Of a DNA stretch of 64,000 nt, positions 23,791 to 36,553 are shown piece after piece. Position numbers and translations under genes: made by a program. How positions within the stretch are numbered: position 1 is the first letter of the stretch; each line of letters starts with the position of its first letter. The stretch is from Octopus vulgaris (Eukaryota). The stretch lies in NCBI GenBank assembly GCA_951406725.2, contig OX597821.1, positions 6,200,001-6,264,000 of the forward strand. Reading direction: 5' to 3'. A model generated the notes under the pieces. The model was not told the origin of the DNA. It saw nothing but the letters and a program-made list of their open reading frames with translations, and ran no database searches.

Positions 23791-25161
23791 GTGTGTATTA
23801 ACTTTTATGAATACTTTTTGCTTGTATTAATTCCATTTGGATTTTAATCTTGGAGTTGCTTTATAAAGCCCATCCACAGATATTGGCTATCAGATACTAT
23901 ATTGAGGGAATGGTGAAAAGTTCCTGGCTTTAAGTGTATTGCAAAATGCCTCGATGGAGGCCTGACCTTCTGAGTTCTTTTACAGGGCTTAGAAAAACTG
24001 AAGGACTGCTGCAATAAGTGTGTGAATCTGAGAGGGGAATATGTTGAATAAAATCATAATCAACTGATCCTCCTGTATTTTCTTTTACCCAAACCCAGGA
24101 ACTTTTCAGTACCCCCCCGTATACACTGGAAATGAATCACTTTACGATTGATACATCTGAAAATTAGTACAGTTTATGTAAATATCGATTTTGAGTTTTG
24201 GCACAAGGACAGCAGTTCTGGGTGAGTGGGTAAGTCAATTGCATTGACCCCAGTGCTCAACTGGTACTTATTTTATCCATCCCGTAAGGATAAAAGGCAA
24301 ATTGACCTTGGCAGAATTTGAACTCAGAATGTAAAGACGGATGGAATGCCACAGAGCATTTTGCACAGCTTGCTAACGATCCTTCCAGCTCACTGCCTTA
24401 TTTCATATAAATATTGATTTCAAATTTCGACACAAGGCCAGCAATTTCGTGGGAGAGGTAAAATTGATTACATCGACCTCAGTACTCATCATCATCATCC
24501 TCATCATTTAATGTCTGCTTTCCATGCTGGTATGGGTTGGACGGTTTGACTGAAGACTGGCGAACCAGATGGCTGCTCCAGGATCTAATCTGATCTGGCA
24601 GAGTTTCTACAGCTGGATGCCCTTCCTAACGCCCAACTCCAAAAGAATGAAAAGCAAAATCAACCTTGGTGGAATTTGAACTCAGAGTGTAAAGACTGAC
24701 AAAATGTCACTCAGCATTTTGCCTCTTGTGCTAACAATTCTGTCAGCTCCATGACTTAGCGTCGCCTGACTAGCACTTGTGCTGGTGGCACGTGAAACAT
24801 TCGAGCAAGGTCGTCACCAGTGCCGCTGGACTGGCTCCTGTGCAGGTGCACATAAAAAGCACCATTTGGGCGTGGCCATTGCCAGTACCACCAAACTGGC
24901 CCTCGTGCCAGTGGTACGTAAAAGCACCTACTACACTCTTGGAGTGGTTGGCGTTAGGAAGGGCATCCAGCTGTAGAAACTCTGCCAGATCAGATTGGAT
25001 TCTGGTTCGCCAGTCCTCAGTCAAATCGTCCAACCCATGCTAGCATGGAAAGCAGACATTAAACGATGATGATTAACAAAAGAAACAGAGTGGCACTTTA
25101 CCAGAAGATCATTCTATAAACTTGATGAGTTGATATTTCCCAGTATTGCTTAAATAATATT

Positions 25162-25606
25162 CTTTTCTACTCTAGGCACAAGGCCCGAAATATTGGGGGA
25201 AGGGGCCAGTCGAGTAGATCGACCCCAGTATGCAACTGGTACTTAATTTATCAATCCCGAAATGATGAAATGCAATGTTGACCTCGGCAGAATTTGATCT
25301 CAGAACGTAAAGACAGATGAAATACCACTAAGCATTTTGCCTGGCATGCTAATGTTTCTGCCAGCTCGCCACCTTTATAATAATATTGTTTTCTACTCTA
25401 GGCACAAGGCCTGAAATTTTGGGAGAGGGGGCCAGTCAATTAGATCACCTCCAGTATGCAACAGGTATCTAATTTATCAATCCCGAAAGGATGAAAGGTA
25501 AAGTTGACCTCGGCAGAATTTGAACTCAGAACGTAAAGACAGATGAAATACTGCTAAGCATTTTGCTTGGCATGCTAATGTTTCTGCCAGCTCGCCACCT
25601 TAAATA
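25162..25606 (-). mobile_element. Head-to-tail dimer of SINE family B
   Basis: Two consecutive copies flanked by one 17 bp direct repeat ATTGCTTAAATAATATT (25145-25161, 25607-25623). Confidence 0.85.
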
Positions 25607-25721
25607 ATTGCTTAAATAATATTGATTCAATGTATTATTTCATATATAATGATATTCCTGCAATAATCTGGTAAAGAGTTGACAAAGCAGTTGTAGAATT
25701 ATAATGTGTGTTGTTCAAAAT

Positions 25722-25872
25722 GCTTCCCAACCACATGGTTCTGGTTTCAGTCCCACTGTGTGGTACATTGGGCAAGTGTCTTCTACTATAGCCTTGGGCC
25801 AACGAAAGCCTTGTGAGTGGATTTGGTAGATGGAAACTGAAAGAAGCCTTTGTATATGTATATATATATATA

Positions 25873-25919
<47 letters not shown>

Positions 25920-26172
25920 GTATATGTTTGTGTGTCTATGTTTGTGTGTCTATGTTTGTGTCTGTGTTTGTCCCCCCCCCACCATCACTTGACAACTGAT
26001 GTTGGTGTTTGTACATCCCCGTAACTTAGTGGTTTGCCAAAAGAAACCGATAGAATAAGTACTAGGCTTACAAAGAATAAGTCCCGGGGTTGATTAGTTT
26101 GACTGAAGGCAATGCTCCAGCTTGGCCACAGTCAAATAACTGAGACAAGTAAAAGAATAAAAGAAAAGAATA
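25722..26172 (+). mobile_element. SINE family A
   Basis: 5'-eroded copy ending ~60 nt upstream of exon 14. Confidence 0.85.
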
Positions 26173-26233
26173 AAATCCAAACTTCTTTGTGAATTTCTCT
26201 AATAATGAACCTTCAATCGTCCCTTTATTCCAG

Positions 26234-26411
26234 TTCTCAAATGTCTGTGCCCTCGGTGGAAGGCCTCAAGGCTCTTTGTGCTATTGCTTTAATACGAGCT
26301 GACCATGTTTTGGCATCGGCTGTGGTCCAGGAACTGGCGAAGATAGAAGATCCTAAAGGAGACCACTTAGCGGACATCACATGGCTCTGTGCTGCTGAAT
26401 TCTTTGCTAAG
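26234..26411 (+). CDS. TTC37: TTC37 exon 14
   Basis: tccag|T...AAG|gtaaac; SQMSVPSVEGLKALCAIALIRADHVLASAVVQELAK...WLCAAEFFAK. Confidence 0.93.
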
Positions 26412-26620
26412 GTAAACTTGTGCCATTGGCACATAACATTAGATATATTTGCTGAATCTTGTCTTATCACTTGCCCCCTTCACACTGATCCTTCCATATA
26501 TATATATATATATGTGTATATATAGACTTTGGTCTGCTCATTTAGAGCTCTGTTAATTAATGCTACTGTTAATGAATGCTATTTTCGATTTGTAATTATA
26601 GTTCACCAATTGTATTGCAG

Positions 26621-26794
26621 GATGAGGTAAAGGCCGGTTGCAATTATATCCGGAGAACTATACAGAAATATCCATGGAAAGCTTCGTTGTGGATATTACT
26701 AGCCAAAGCCATCATGTGGTTTGCACCGGAAGACACTCAGATGGCATCCACTTGTGTGTTGTACGCACAGCAACTTGATGAGAGTTTGAATAAG
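26621..26794 (+). CDS. TTC37: TTC37 exon 15 (ends at a GC donor)
   Basis: tgcag|GAT...AAG|gcaagt; DEVKAGCNYIRRTIQKYPWKASLWILLAKAIMWFAP...QLDESLNK. Confidence 0.88.
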
Positions 26795-27004
26795 GCAAGT
26801 ACCATGAGAATGCTTAGATTTTATAGGGAGACTTTGCAAAAGCTTGCTCATGCCAAGTGCCGCCAAATGAAGACTCCACATGTCAGATGGCAGAAGGCTC
26901 CAGGGAGCTTCAAGAAGAACGTGTGCATTGTTTGAGGGCCTTCCACTCAATGAATTACTGTGTGCTGCCCTTTCTCACATACACACACACACTCACTCAC
27001 TGAT

Positions 27005-27450
27005 GGCCTCCACCACTCACTACCAACACCAACACAGCAACTACACCACCACCACCACCACCACCATTGCCGCTTACACTACCACCATCATTACTACTCC
27101 CACCACCATTATCATCACCTTATCACCACCATCATCTTACCACCACCACCACCTTTTCACTACCGCCACCTTACCATCACCACCACTACCATTACTACCA
27201 CCACAACTACTAACAATACCACCAGCACCCCCCCCCCCCATCACCAACAGCACTACCTCTACCACACACCACCGACACTACCACCAACAGCACAACCACT
27301 ATCCTTACTGCCACCAACACCAGCACACCACTGACACCACCATCAGCACCATAGCACCAGGGACCACCGCCACCACCATTACTCACCAACACCACCACCA
27401 TCACTATCACCACCTACCATCTCCACCACTACCACCATTCCCCACCACCA
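27005..27450. repeat. (CAC)n-type degenerate trinucleotide repeat
   Basis: Directly visible. Confidence 0.95.
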
Positions 27451-27796
27451 AGTCCTTGTATATCTTTAGTAATGCTGAATGTTTTAAAAACATTCTTCAT
27501 ACCAGACATACATTTCTCCTGCTGCCCATATTTTTTTGATCCCTTTTATTTTTTATCCCTGCAAGCATTGAACCTGGGGATATCAGTCACGTCATTCCCA
27601 CTAATCTGGGATTGCATTCTTCAAAAGTTATGGCCACTGTCTCTCTTCTCTCTGATTAACTAATGGCAGAAAAAAAAAAAAAAAAAGAGTTTGTAAAGCG
27701 TGTTTACATACACATTTTTTTTGTCTAGCCTTTCTATGTCTCTGTTTCTTACACCTTTTAGTTATGTTATTTGTTTTTACTTTGCTTTGTCTTTAG

Positions 27797-27908
27797 GATG
27801 TGGCCCCTATCTTGGTCCAGAGTCTCCTTGCAGCTGGTTTGCATTGTGCCAGAAATGGGAATCGAAATGGTTTCTCGGTAGCACAGAAGGCTTACCATGT
27901 TCACCCAG
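27797..27908 (+). CDS. TTC37: TTC37 exon 16
   Basis: tttag|GAT...G|gtatgt; DVAPILVQSLLAAGLHCARNGNRNGFSVAQKAYHVHP. Confidence 0.9.
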
Positions 27909-28007
27909 GTATGTAACATTGTGTTTTATATAACTCATTTTGCCACACCTGTAACAACAATCTGCATGTGCATAATTATTCAAGAAAGTGTGTTATCATA
28001 TTTATAT

Positions 28008-28650
28008 ATGAAGGGTTGCTGAAAAGTTCCTGGTTCTGGGTGAAAGAAAATACAGGAGGATCAGTTAATTATGATCTTATTCAACATATTCCCTTCTCAG
28101 AGTCACACACTTACTGCAGTGGTCCTTCAGTTTTTCTAAGCCCTGTAAATGAACTAAGAAGGTTGGGTCTCCAACCGGACCTTTTGCAATACCCTTAAAA
28201 CCAGGAACTTTTCTGCACCCTCTCACATATATAAGGGAGTGCTGAAAAGTTCCTAGCTTTGGGCAAAACAAAATCCGTTAATTATGATTTTATCCAACAT
28301 ATTCTCCTTTCAGATTCACACACTTACTGCAGCAATCCTGTTTTTCTAAGCCCTGGAAAAGAACTTTGGAAGGTTGCGCCTTCAACCTTTCATGATACCC
28401 TTAAAGCCAAGAACTTTTCTGCACACCCTCACACACACACACACACACATGAGTGGGTACTGAAAAGTTCTTGGCTTTGAGGATCAGTTAATTATGATTT
28501 CATTCAACGTATTCCTCTCTCAGATTCACACACTTATTGCAGTGGTCCTTCAGTTTTTCTAAGCCCTGAAAAAAGAACTCAGAAGATTGGGCCTCCAACC
28601 AGGCCTTTTTCAATACCCTTAAAACCAAGAACTTTTCAGCACCCCCTCAT
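28008..28650. mobile_element. Three tandem mariner-derived MITEs
   Basis: Same TIRs repeated three times; - strand reads LQGLEKLKDHCSKCVTLRREYVE. Confidence 0.8.
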
Positions 28651-29169
28651 AGATTTGAATGACTATGTGTAGCCGAATGGCTAAGAAAGCTTGCTTTCCA
28701 ATCATGTGATCTCTGGTTCAGTTTCACTGTGTGGAACCTTGGGCAAGTCTCTTCTGTTACAGCCCCAAGCTGACCAAAGTCTTGTGAGAAGATCTAGCAG
28801 ACAGTAAACTGAAAAAAGGCCTTGCCTTGACGTCATGGTTCTAAAAGAGCATTGGTTTCATACAAACAATGTTGTTCATTTCCAGTCATCCATGAAAAAG
28901 CATGCCTGGCCATGGGAGAAAGATTACCTTCCTTGGAAACAGGTGAGGGTTGGTGACTAAAAGAGCATCCAGTTGTAGAAAATCTGTCTCAACAAATTCA
29001 TGTTTACAGGAGATGTGGATTCGTGTCCTGTGAATAACCTTTAACATTTTCTATCTGGAAGGTTGTTTTTTTGTAACCCAATACTTACATGCTATTATTT
29101 ATGGCTTTCTGTATGTATTCTGAGATATACTCTTCCCAAAAAGAATTATATTTGTGTGTATTTATATAT

Positions 29170-29566
29170 AGGCACAGGAGTGGCTGTGTGGTAAGTAGCT
29201 TGCTAACCAACCACATGGTTCCGGGTTCAGTCCCACTGCGTGGCATCTTGGGCAAGTGTCTTCTGCTATAGCCCCGGGCCGACCAATGCCTTGTGAGTGG
29301 ATTTGGTAGACGGAAACTGAAAGAAGCCTGTTGTACATATATATATATATGTATGTGTGTGTTCGTGTGTCTGTGCTTGTCCCCCCCAACATCGCTTCAC
29401 AACCGATGGTGGTGTGTTTACGTCCCCGTCACTTAGCGGTTCGGTAAAAAAGAGACCGATAGAATAAGTACTGGGCTTACAAAGAATAAGTTCTGGGGTC
29501 GATTTGCTCGACTAAAGGCGGTGCTCCAGTATGGCCGCAGTCAAAAGACTGAAACAAGTAAAAGAG
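29170..29566 (+). mobile_element. SINE family A
   Basis: Full copy. Confidence 0.9.
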
Positions 29567-29856
29567 TATATATATATATAAATAAACATGGTGAACCATT
29601 AATCCCAACACATTTTTATCCTGCTCTCCATTTCTTCCCCCTATTTCCTTTCTGTTGAAGAGCATAGGCTTGAAACATCAAGGATTTTTCTGTTTTTTTT
29701 TTTAAGTGTCAAACTAATACACCTGTCTCTGTCTTTTGTTTTCTCTACATTTGAATCATATATATATATGATTCAATACACACACACACACACACACACA
29801 TTGCCTTACTTTGCAGTTGTTGTTATTTTCTTATATGTATATATATCTCTTTACAG

Positions 29857-29997
29857 ACGATCTCAATAGCATGCTGAATCTGATCCCAGGCATTCATGCT
29901 GGTGCCTTAATCAAACAATGTGTCATCGACAAGGCTCCAGACAACCTTTATTTCACTGAGATGATGTTTCTGGATCATGTACTACTAGAGTTATCAG
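29857..29997 (+). CDS. TTC37: TTC37 exon 17
   Basis: tacag|AC...G|gtaaga; DLNSMLNLIPGIHAGALIKQCVIDKAPDNLYFTEMMFLDHVLLELS. Confidence 0.87.
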
Positions 29998-30885
29998 GTA
30001 AGAAATGGATTTTCTCATAATCCCATTGTGGTTTAGCCTCAGTTCCATCCTTATTCAGAAGCCTTAACACCAATATGTTCTTTCCTTTAAGATAGCAAAA
30101 TGTAATTTGTGGGTTGTTTGGCTGCTATATTTGGCTATATTTATTTTGAGAAATCTTTTTCCTGTGAACAGCAAATGTAATTTTCATTATTTCTACAAAT
30201 ATGAAAGATGGGGGGAGGGGGGTAGAACTTTTGACATATTTCTACCTTATTATGACCTCATTAGTGAAGCACAACTACACTATATATACTGATATATTTA
30301 TTATGACCAATATTTTCTTTTTATGAACAGCAAATTTTGATTATTTCTACAAATATGGAAGATGAATGACAACTTTGGACATGTTTCCACCTTATTGTGA
30401 TCTTGTCAGCAAAGCATAGACTTTACTACACTCTCAGCCTTAATGGCTAAATACTCAATAAGTGAATAATAGTTTACATCAGATGATGACTGAAAATAGG
30501 ATTGGTTAGAGAAAACAGTATCTCATGACAGCCGCGAATCCAACATTTATTATGCAATCTTCCTAAGACAGCGAATCACAAGAATCATTAAAGTGTGAAA
30601 TAAAATCATCATCATCATCATTATCACCATTTAATGTCTGTTTTTCATGCTGGCATGGATTGGACGGTTTGACAGGAGCTCACTAGGCAGATGTTTTGTG
30701 GTACCCATTTTGGCCCTAAGTTGACATCCACCTTAAAAAAATGCATTCTTTAGGAACCGGCAATAAATGGTGGATAGCCTTGAGACATCCTTTGGCAAAT
30801 GTCCATGTATTTCTAGTTTATCACTCAGAACAGCAGCACATCAACTGGCAGGAAGGAATACAATAGAACTCTCTCTCTCTCTCTC

Positions 30886-30922
<37 letters not shown>

Positions 30923-31187
30923 GAAATATGTTACAAAAAGAAAATAGAAACTACACGGGGGAAAGTAAGAAGAAAAATAAGCGAAAATGCACATTGGAAA
31001 TCGAAAAAAGTAAAGGCTTTTTATGAAAAGTAATGAAAGATATATATAATTAGATGTGAATTATTGCGAATTGTTAACTAGATTTAAAAGCATACCAGTT
31101 TCGTAAATTACTAATCATTGCTTTGAATGCACACCGATTAATGTACGGTTAATGAATATATATATATATATATATATTTTCAATGGG

Positions 31188-31430
31188 AGATGATGATGAT
31201 AACAGTGGTGTTGTTGGTGATGGTGGTACTGCTACTGATGACAATGATTGTATTGATGATGATGATGATGGTAAGAAAAACAGTGATTGCTGTGGTGGTG
31301 CGGACGACAATGAGTGTTGTTGTTGATGATGATGATGATGGTGATAGTGATGATGATGATGATAGTGGTGGTGGTGATGGTGCTGCTGCTGTTGATGACA
31401 ATAATGGTGACAAAGATGGTAGTGATGAAG
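31188..31430. repeat. (GAT/GGT)n degenerate trinucleotide repeat
   Basis: Directly visible. Confidence 0.9.
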
Positions 31431-31750
31431 AAAGGTGGTGAGCTGGCAGAAACGTTAGTACGCCGAGCGAAATGCTTTGTGGTATTTCGTCCAACACTGC
31501 ATTCTGAGTTCAAATTCTGCCGAGGTCGACTTTGCCTTTCATCCTTTTGGGGTTGATAAATTAAGTACCAGTTTCACACTGGGGTTGATGTAATCAACTT
31601 AATCTGTTTGTCTGTCCTTGTTTGTCCCCTCTATGTTTAGCCCCTTGTGGGCAATAAAGAAATAAGAAACAGAGAGCTAATAATAATAAGAAAAATGTTA
31701 ATAAAAATAATAATGGTCTTCTTGTTTTTGTTGTCTTCTTTACTCTACAG

Positions 31751-31854
31751 ATCAGATCAGTGTCAGTGTTCAGCAATGGATGTGGAAGCTGAGATGCTGG
31801 TGTGCCATGAACATCTTCTCATCTCTCGAAGAACTACAGATAGTGTGGAAACAG
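31751..31854 (+). CDS. TTC37: TTC37 exon 18
   Basis: tacag|AT...CAG|gtgagc; QISVSVQQWMWKLRCWCAMNIFSSLEELQIVWKQ; phases fit neighbours. Confidence 0.82.
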
Positions 31855-32015
31855 GTGAGCTCAATTTCACTTCTCACATTTTCCTGTAGACATGTATAGT
31901 TGTTTATTTTTTTATATGTTTTGTTTTATTCACTTTTGTCTTATTTGGTGAACAAAAATACCTGGCAAATTATATATTTCTGTTTTTTTCCCCCTCTTTG
32001 TTTTCTTTTGTTCAG

Positions 32016-32159
32016 ATGTTGGAAAGTTCGTGTTTTAAAGAAGAGAAAAACTTCAACACCCTGGCATATATCCGTACATTAGAAGGGGTGAAATTGTGCG
32101 ATGTTGATATTGTGAAAGAAGGTGTCGTACAAGCTGGTGGACTGCTTTCATTTTGGCAG
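32016..32159 (+). CDS. TTC37: TTC37 exon 19
   Basis: ttcag|ATG...CAG|gtatgt; MLESSCFKEEKNFNTLAYIRTLEGVKLCDVDIVKEGVVQAGGLLSFWQ. Confidence 0.86.
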
Positions 32160-33697
32160 GTATGTCTCTTCTGCTTTCTTCATCTGTTATCTTATCTCCT
32201 CCTGCTCCTCCTCTTCCTTCTCCTCCTCCTCCTCATCATCATCATCACTACCACCAATACCACCACCACCACCCTCCTCCTCACTCCCTCCCTCCCCACT
32301 ACAATGGCAGGCAGCTGGCAGAATTGTTAGCACGCTGAGCAAAATGCTTAGCGGCATTCATCCGCCTTTACATTCTGGGTTCGAATTCTGCCGAGGTCGA
32401 CTTTGCTCTTCACCCTTTTGGGGTCGATAAATTAAGTACCAGTCAAGTACGGAGGTGGGGTGTCAATATGTTTGACTATCCCCCTCCCCTCAAATTTTAG
32501 GGCTTGTGCCTAGAAAGGATTATTATTATTACTGCACTTTTCTTTACTCAGCATTCATCTTCATTCTCTCTACTAACTACATCAAACAATTCTATACACT
32601 ACACATCACATAATACTGTTTATATGCTGTACAGTGTTATATCTTCCAAATACTATATATACTAAATTAAAATGGACCTTAGAATTTTCAACCATGAGTT
32701 TTTACATCATTTACATTTGACGGATATTTGTCCTCATCCCGTTTGTTGTTAACACAAGATTATCATCATCGTCATCGTTTAACGTCCGCTTTCCATGCTA
32801 GCATGGGTTGGACGGTTCAACTGGGGTCTGAGAAGCCAGGAGGCTGCACCAGGCTCCAGTCTGATCTGGCAGTGTTTCTACAGCTGGATGCCCTTCCTAA
32901 TGCCAACCACTCCGCGAGTGTAGTGGGTGCTTTTTACGTGCCACCGGCACAGGGGCCAGAGGAGGCTGGCAATGGCCACGATCAGTTGGTGCTGAGGACA
33001 AATATCTGTCAAATGTAAATAATGTAAATAATTCCTCATCTCTTAGATATAGAACTGCATGAGTGTTTTGTTGTTCAATCAACTGAACTACATAACCATT
33101 GAATTTGCATGTAAGTGGCTGAGTATTCCACAGACATGCGCACCCTTAATGTAATTTTGAAAAGGAGTCAGATTGACACAGTGTACAACAAAGCAGTACT
33201 TTTGAATTGTAGATCCAAACCATCAATTGATGGTCTCGATTCTACAATTCTTCTATATACAACATGCTAAATGATATCATTTAATGTATGGCATAATGTA
33301 TTATATCTTCTGTATACAACATATTCTTTTCTACAAAACCCGAAATTTTTTGGGGAGGCGAGGGGTAGTTGATTAAATTGACCTCAGTATACAACTGGTA
33401 CTTAGACGAAATACCACTAAGTATTTCGTCCCTTGTGCTAACGTTTCTGCCAGTTCACCTGTATACAACATATTGAACATCATTTTATGTTCTTCATAGC
33501 ACTGTGTTGTATCTTCTATATACAACACCCTGGATAATATCATTTTATTTACTCTGCAACAGAATGTCTTATATCTTTTGTGTCTGACACTGTTGTTGTA
33601 TAGGGACACTTTTTTGGTTTGAGTCAGTGTTTCTGCCTTTCTTAAATCAAATCAACAGATATATTTTTGTTTTTTTTTTGTTCTTTTTGTTCGCCAG

Positions 33698-33786
33698 ATT
33701 TTGGAGGAAGTTAGCATTAAAGAAGGACTCCTTGAAGATGCAGAATTTATTGCAGGTCAATGTGTTAACTTAGCACAATCTGAAAG
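33698..33786 (+). CDS. TTC37: TTC37 exon 20
   Basis: gccag|ATT...AG|gtatgg; ILEEVSIKEGLLEDAEFIAGQCVNLAQSE. Confidence 0.88.
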
Positions 33787-34517
33787 GTATGGTTATCCTC
33801 TCTCACTTTACATATGTGTATGTGTGTGTGTGTGTGAACGCATGTGTGCATAGAAGTGAGCATGCATGTGTGTACGAATGCATGCTTATGTGTGTGTATG
33901 CATGCTTATGTGTGGGTGTGTATTCTATCCACAGTACTTACTTTGCTGACTTTGTATATTTAATTGGCTGATTTAGTTGAATGAACCGCACTCATGTACT
34001 TTACAGGAACTTTACCCATAGACTGTCCTGGTGATGTCAGTAACATTTGATGCTGTTAATGAGTTGCAAGTTGAGGGCTGAGAATTTCAGTGATCTTGAC
34101 TTTTGCTACATATTGTGGTGGCTGTAAAGGAGACAGAAGAGAAGAAACCGCATTTCTCATAAGATACTGTCTGACCAGAGTCTTGATCCAGATACTTCCC
34201 ACGGACTGGACACCACTAAATACATCTAAGTGCCAGGGTCACAGTTTAGGTCAACCACTTAAGAACAGATACAGCTGAATCCATCTCACAGGCTCCTGTA
34301 CTAGTCTAACCTGACTTCACCCACAAAGCTTGCTTTGACCTGGAGTTAAACTAGATGTCATTTTCCCTGAGTCCCATGCTGTGATATTGAATCAAATAAT
34401 CTGGAACCAGGTGGTTATAAAGTGGACTTTTTAACAACAACATGGCCCTCCCTGAAAGGCCTTACCATAGCCAGTGAGGTAAATCCAAGGTGTGGTTACT
34501 AATGAAACATTATTATT

Positions 34518-34916
34518 AGGTGCAAGAGTGGCTGTGTGGTAAGTAGCTTGCTTACCAACCACATGGTTCCGGATTCAGTCCCACTGCGTGGCACCTTGGG
34601 CAAGTGTCTTCTACTATAGCCTCAGGCTGACCAAAGTCTTGTGAGTGGATTTGGTAGACGGAAACTGAAAGAAGCCTGTCGTATATATGTATATATGTGT
34701 GTGTGTGTGTGTGTGTTTGTATCTGTGTTTCTCCCCCCAACATTGCTTGACAACCGATGGTGGTGTGTTTATGTCCCTGTAAATTAGCGGTTTGGCAAAA
34801 GAGTCCGATAGAATAAATACCAGGCTTCCAAAGAATAAGTCCTGGGGTCAATTTGCTTGACTAAAGGCGGTGATCCAGCGTGGCCACAGTCAAATGACTG
34901 AAACAAATAAAAGAGT
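34518..34916 (+). mobile_element. SINE family A
   Basis: Full copy; a further partial head follows at ~34940-35100. Confidence 0.88.
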
Positions 34917-36489
34917 ATTGTTATTTCTTACATCTTACAGATGCAAGGATGGCTGTGTGGTTAAGAAGTTAGCTTCCGATCCACATTGTTTCAGGTTCAG
35001 TTTTATAGTGTGATATCAGAGACAAGTACTTTCTAATAGAGGACCAGGCCAGCCAAAGCTTTGTGTGTGGATTTGGTAGATGGAAACTGAAAGAAGCCCG
35101 CATAACTACTGTTCTCACCTGAGAGCAATATCAGCACATATTACATCCCATTCCCTTCTAAATGGTCCTCATCCCCCTGAAATACTTCCATTCCTCATCA
35201 TCCCTGCCCACACTATTTTTTCAGTCGATCACCTCCCTTTTGTGCCTTCAACCACTGCTCTTTCTCTCTCTCTCGCTTCTATACTCCATTCTAAACATCT
35301 TTCTTATTTGCTATCCTTCTCCATGCCCTCCTATTATCTACCATCATGACCCACAAGGGGCTAAACATAGAAGGGACAAACAAGGACAGACATAGGTATT
35401 AAGTCGATTACGTCGACCCCAGTGCGTAACTGGTACTTAATTTATCGACCCCAAAAGGATGAAAGGTAAAGTTGACCTCGGCGGAATTTGAACTCACAAC
35501 GTAATGGCAGACGAAATACCACTAAGCATTTCGCTCGGCGTGCTAACGATTCTACCAGCTCTCTGCCGTATCTACCCTCCTATTATCTACCATCATGACC
35601 CACCTACTGTAGCCCCTTATGTATCCCTGTTTCTCCCTCTCCACAGCTTTTAAATGAGATACATGATCTCTCAAAGGAGGGATGAACAGGAAATGGAACT
35701 GATACATGCTGAAATTGTAGGGTTAGGTTGCTTTAATGCCCTATCACCCCCTACCTCTTATCTCCTTCAGCCATATATATCCCCTACAACAAGACACCTG
35801 CGCTTGTTCCTCTATCCTACTTTATCCTTTCAACACCTGGCATACAGCCACTCACCTCTACTTTCCCCTCCCAAATACTCCCTCTTAGTAGTGGGAGCTT
35901 TTCCCTTTTCCATTTTTCTCTGTCCTTTTTTTGTCTAGCAAATTAGTGCTGGTGGAATGAGAAAAGCACCTAGTACTCTCTGTAAAGTGGTTGGTGATAG
36001 GAAGGGCATCTAGCTGTAGAAATTGTGCTAAAGCTGACATCAGAGTTCAACATAGGTCTGCAGGTCACTGGTTCCCAATCAAACTGTCCTACCCGTGTCA
36101 ACATAGGAAGTAGATGTTAAATGATGGTGATGATGATATATACGTACATATATATATATATATATATACATGTGTTTGTGTGTCTTTGTTTTCACATTGC
36201 GTGATAATTGTGTCTTTGTCATAGAAGCAGTGTTTATTCACTTCCAGTATTCTGTATAAATATGTCTAGCCATAGGAAATAGTACTTGCTTGGAAATAAG
36301 TGAGGGCTGACGACAGGAAGAACGTAAGACTGTAGAAAATCTGCTTCAGCAAACAGCATCTAACCCATGCAAGCATGGAGAAATGGAAGTTAATACAATT
36401 ATAAGGACAATGATTGACGACGACGACCAGAAGTTTCTCATATTATATCATGCAAATTTTTTTTTTTTTTTTTTTGTACCTATTTTCAG

Positions 36490-36553
36490 TGCAAGAGAAG
36501 GTCGACTTCTTCCGATGATCAGGTTGGCTATGTACAGCTTCAAACGACTCATG
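36490..36553 (+). CDS. TTC37: TTC37 exon 21
   Basis: ttcag|T...ATG|gttagt; AREGRLLPMIRLAMYSFKRLM, cf. human GKLSSLLRLALL. Confidence 0.88.

Noticed and set aside
26880-27539. His/Thr/Pro-rich 219 aa ORF
   Set aside because: (CAC)n microsatellite inside TTC37 intron 15.
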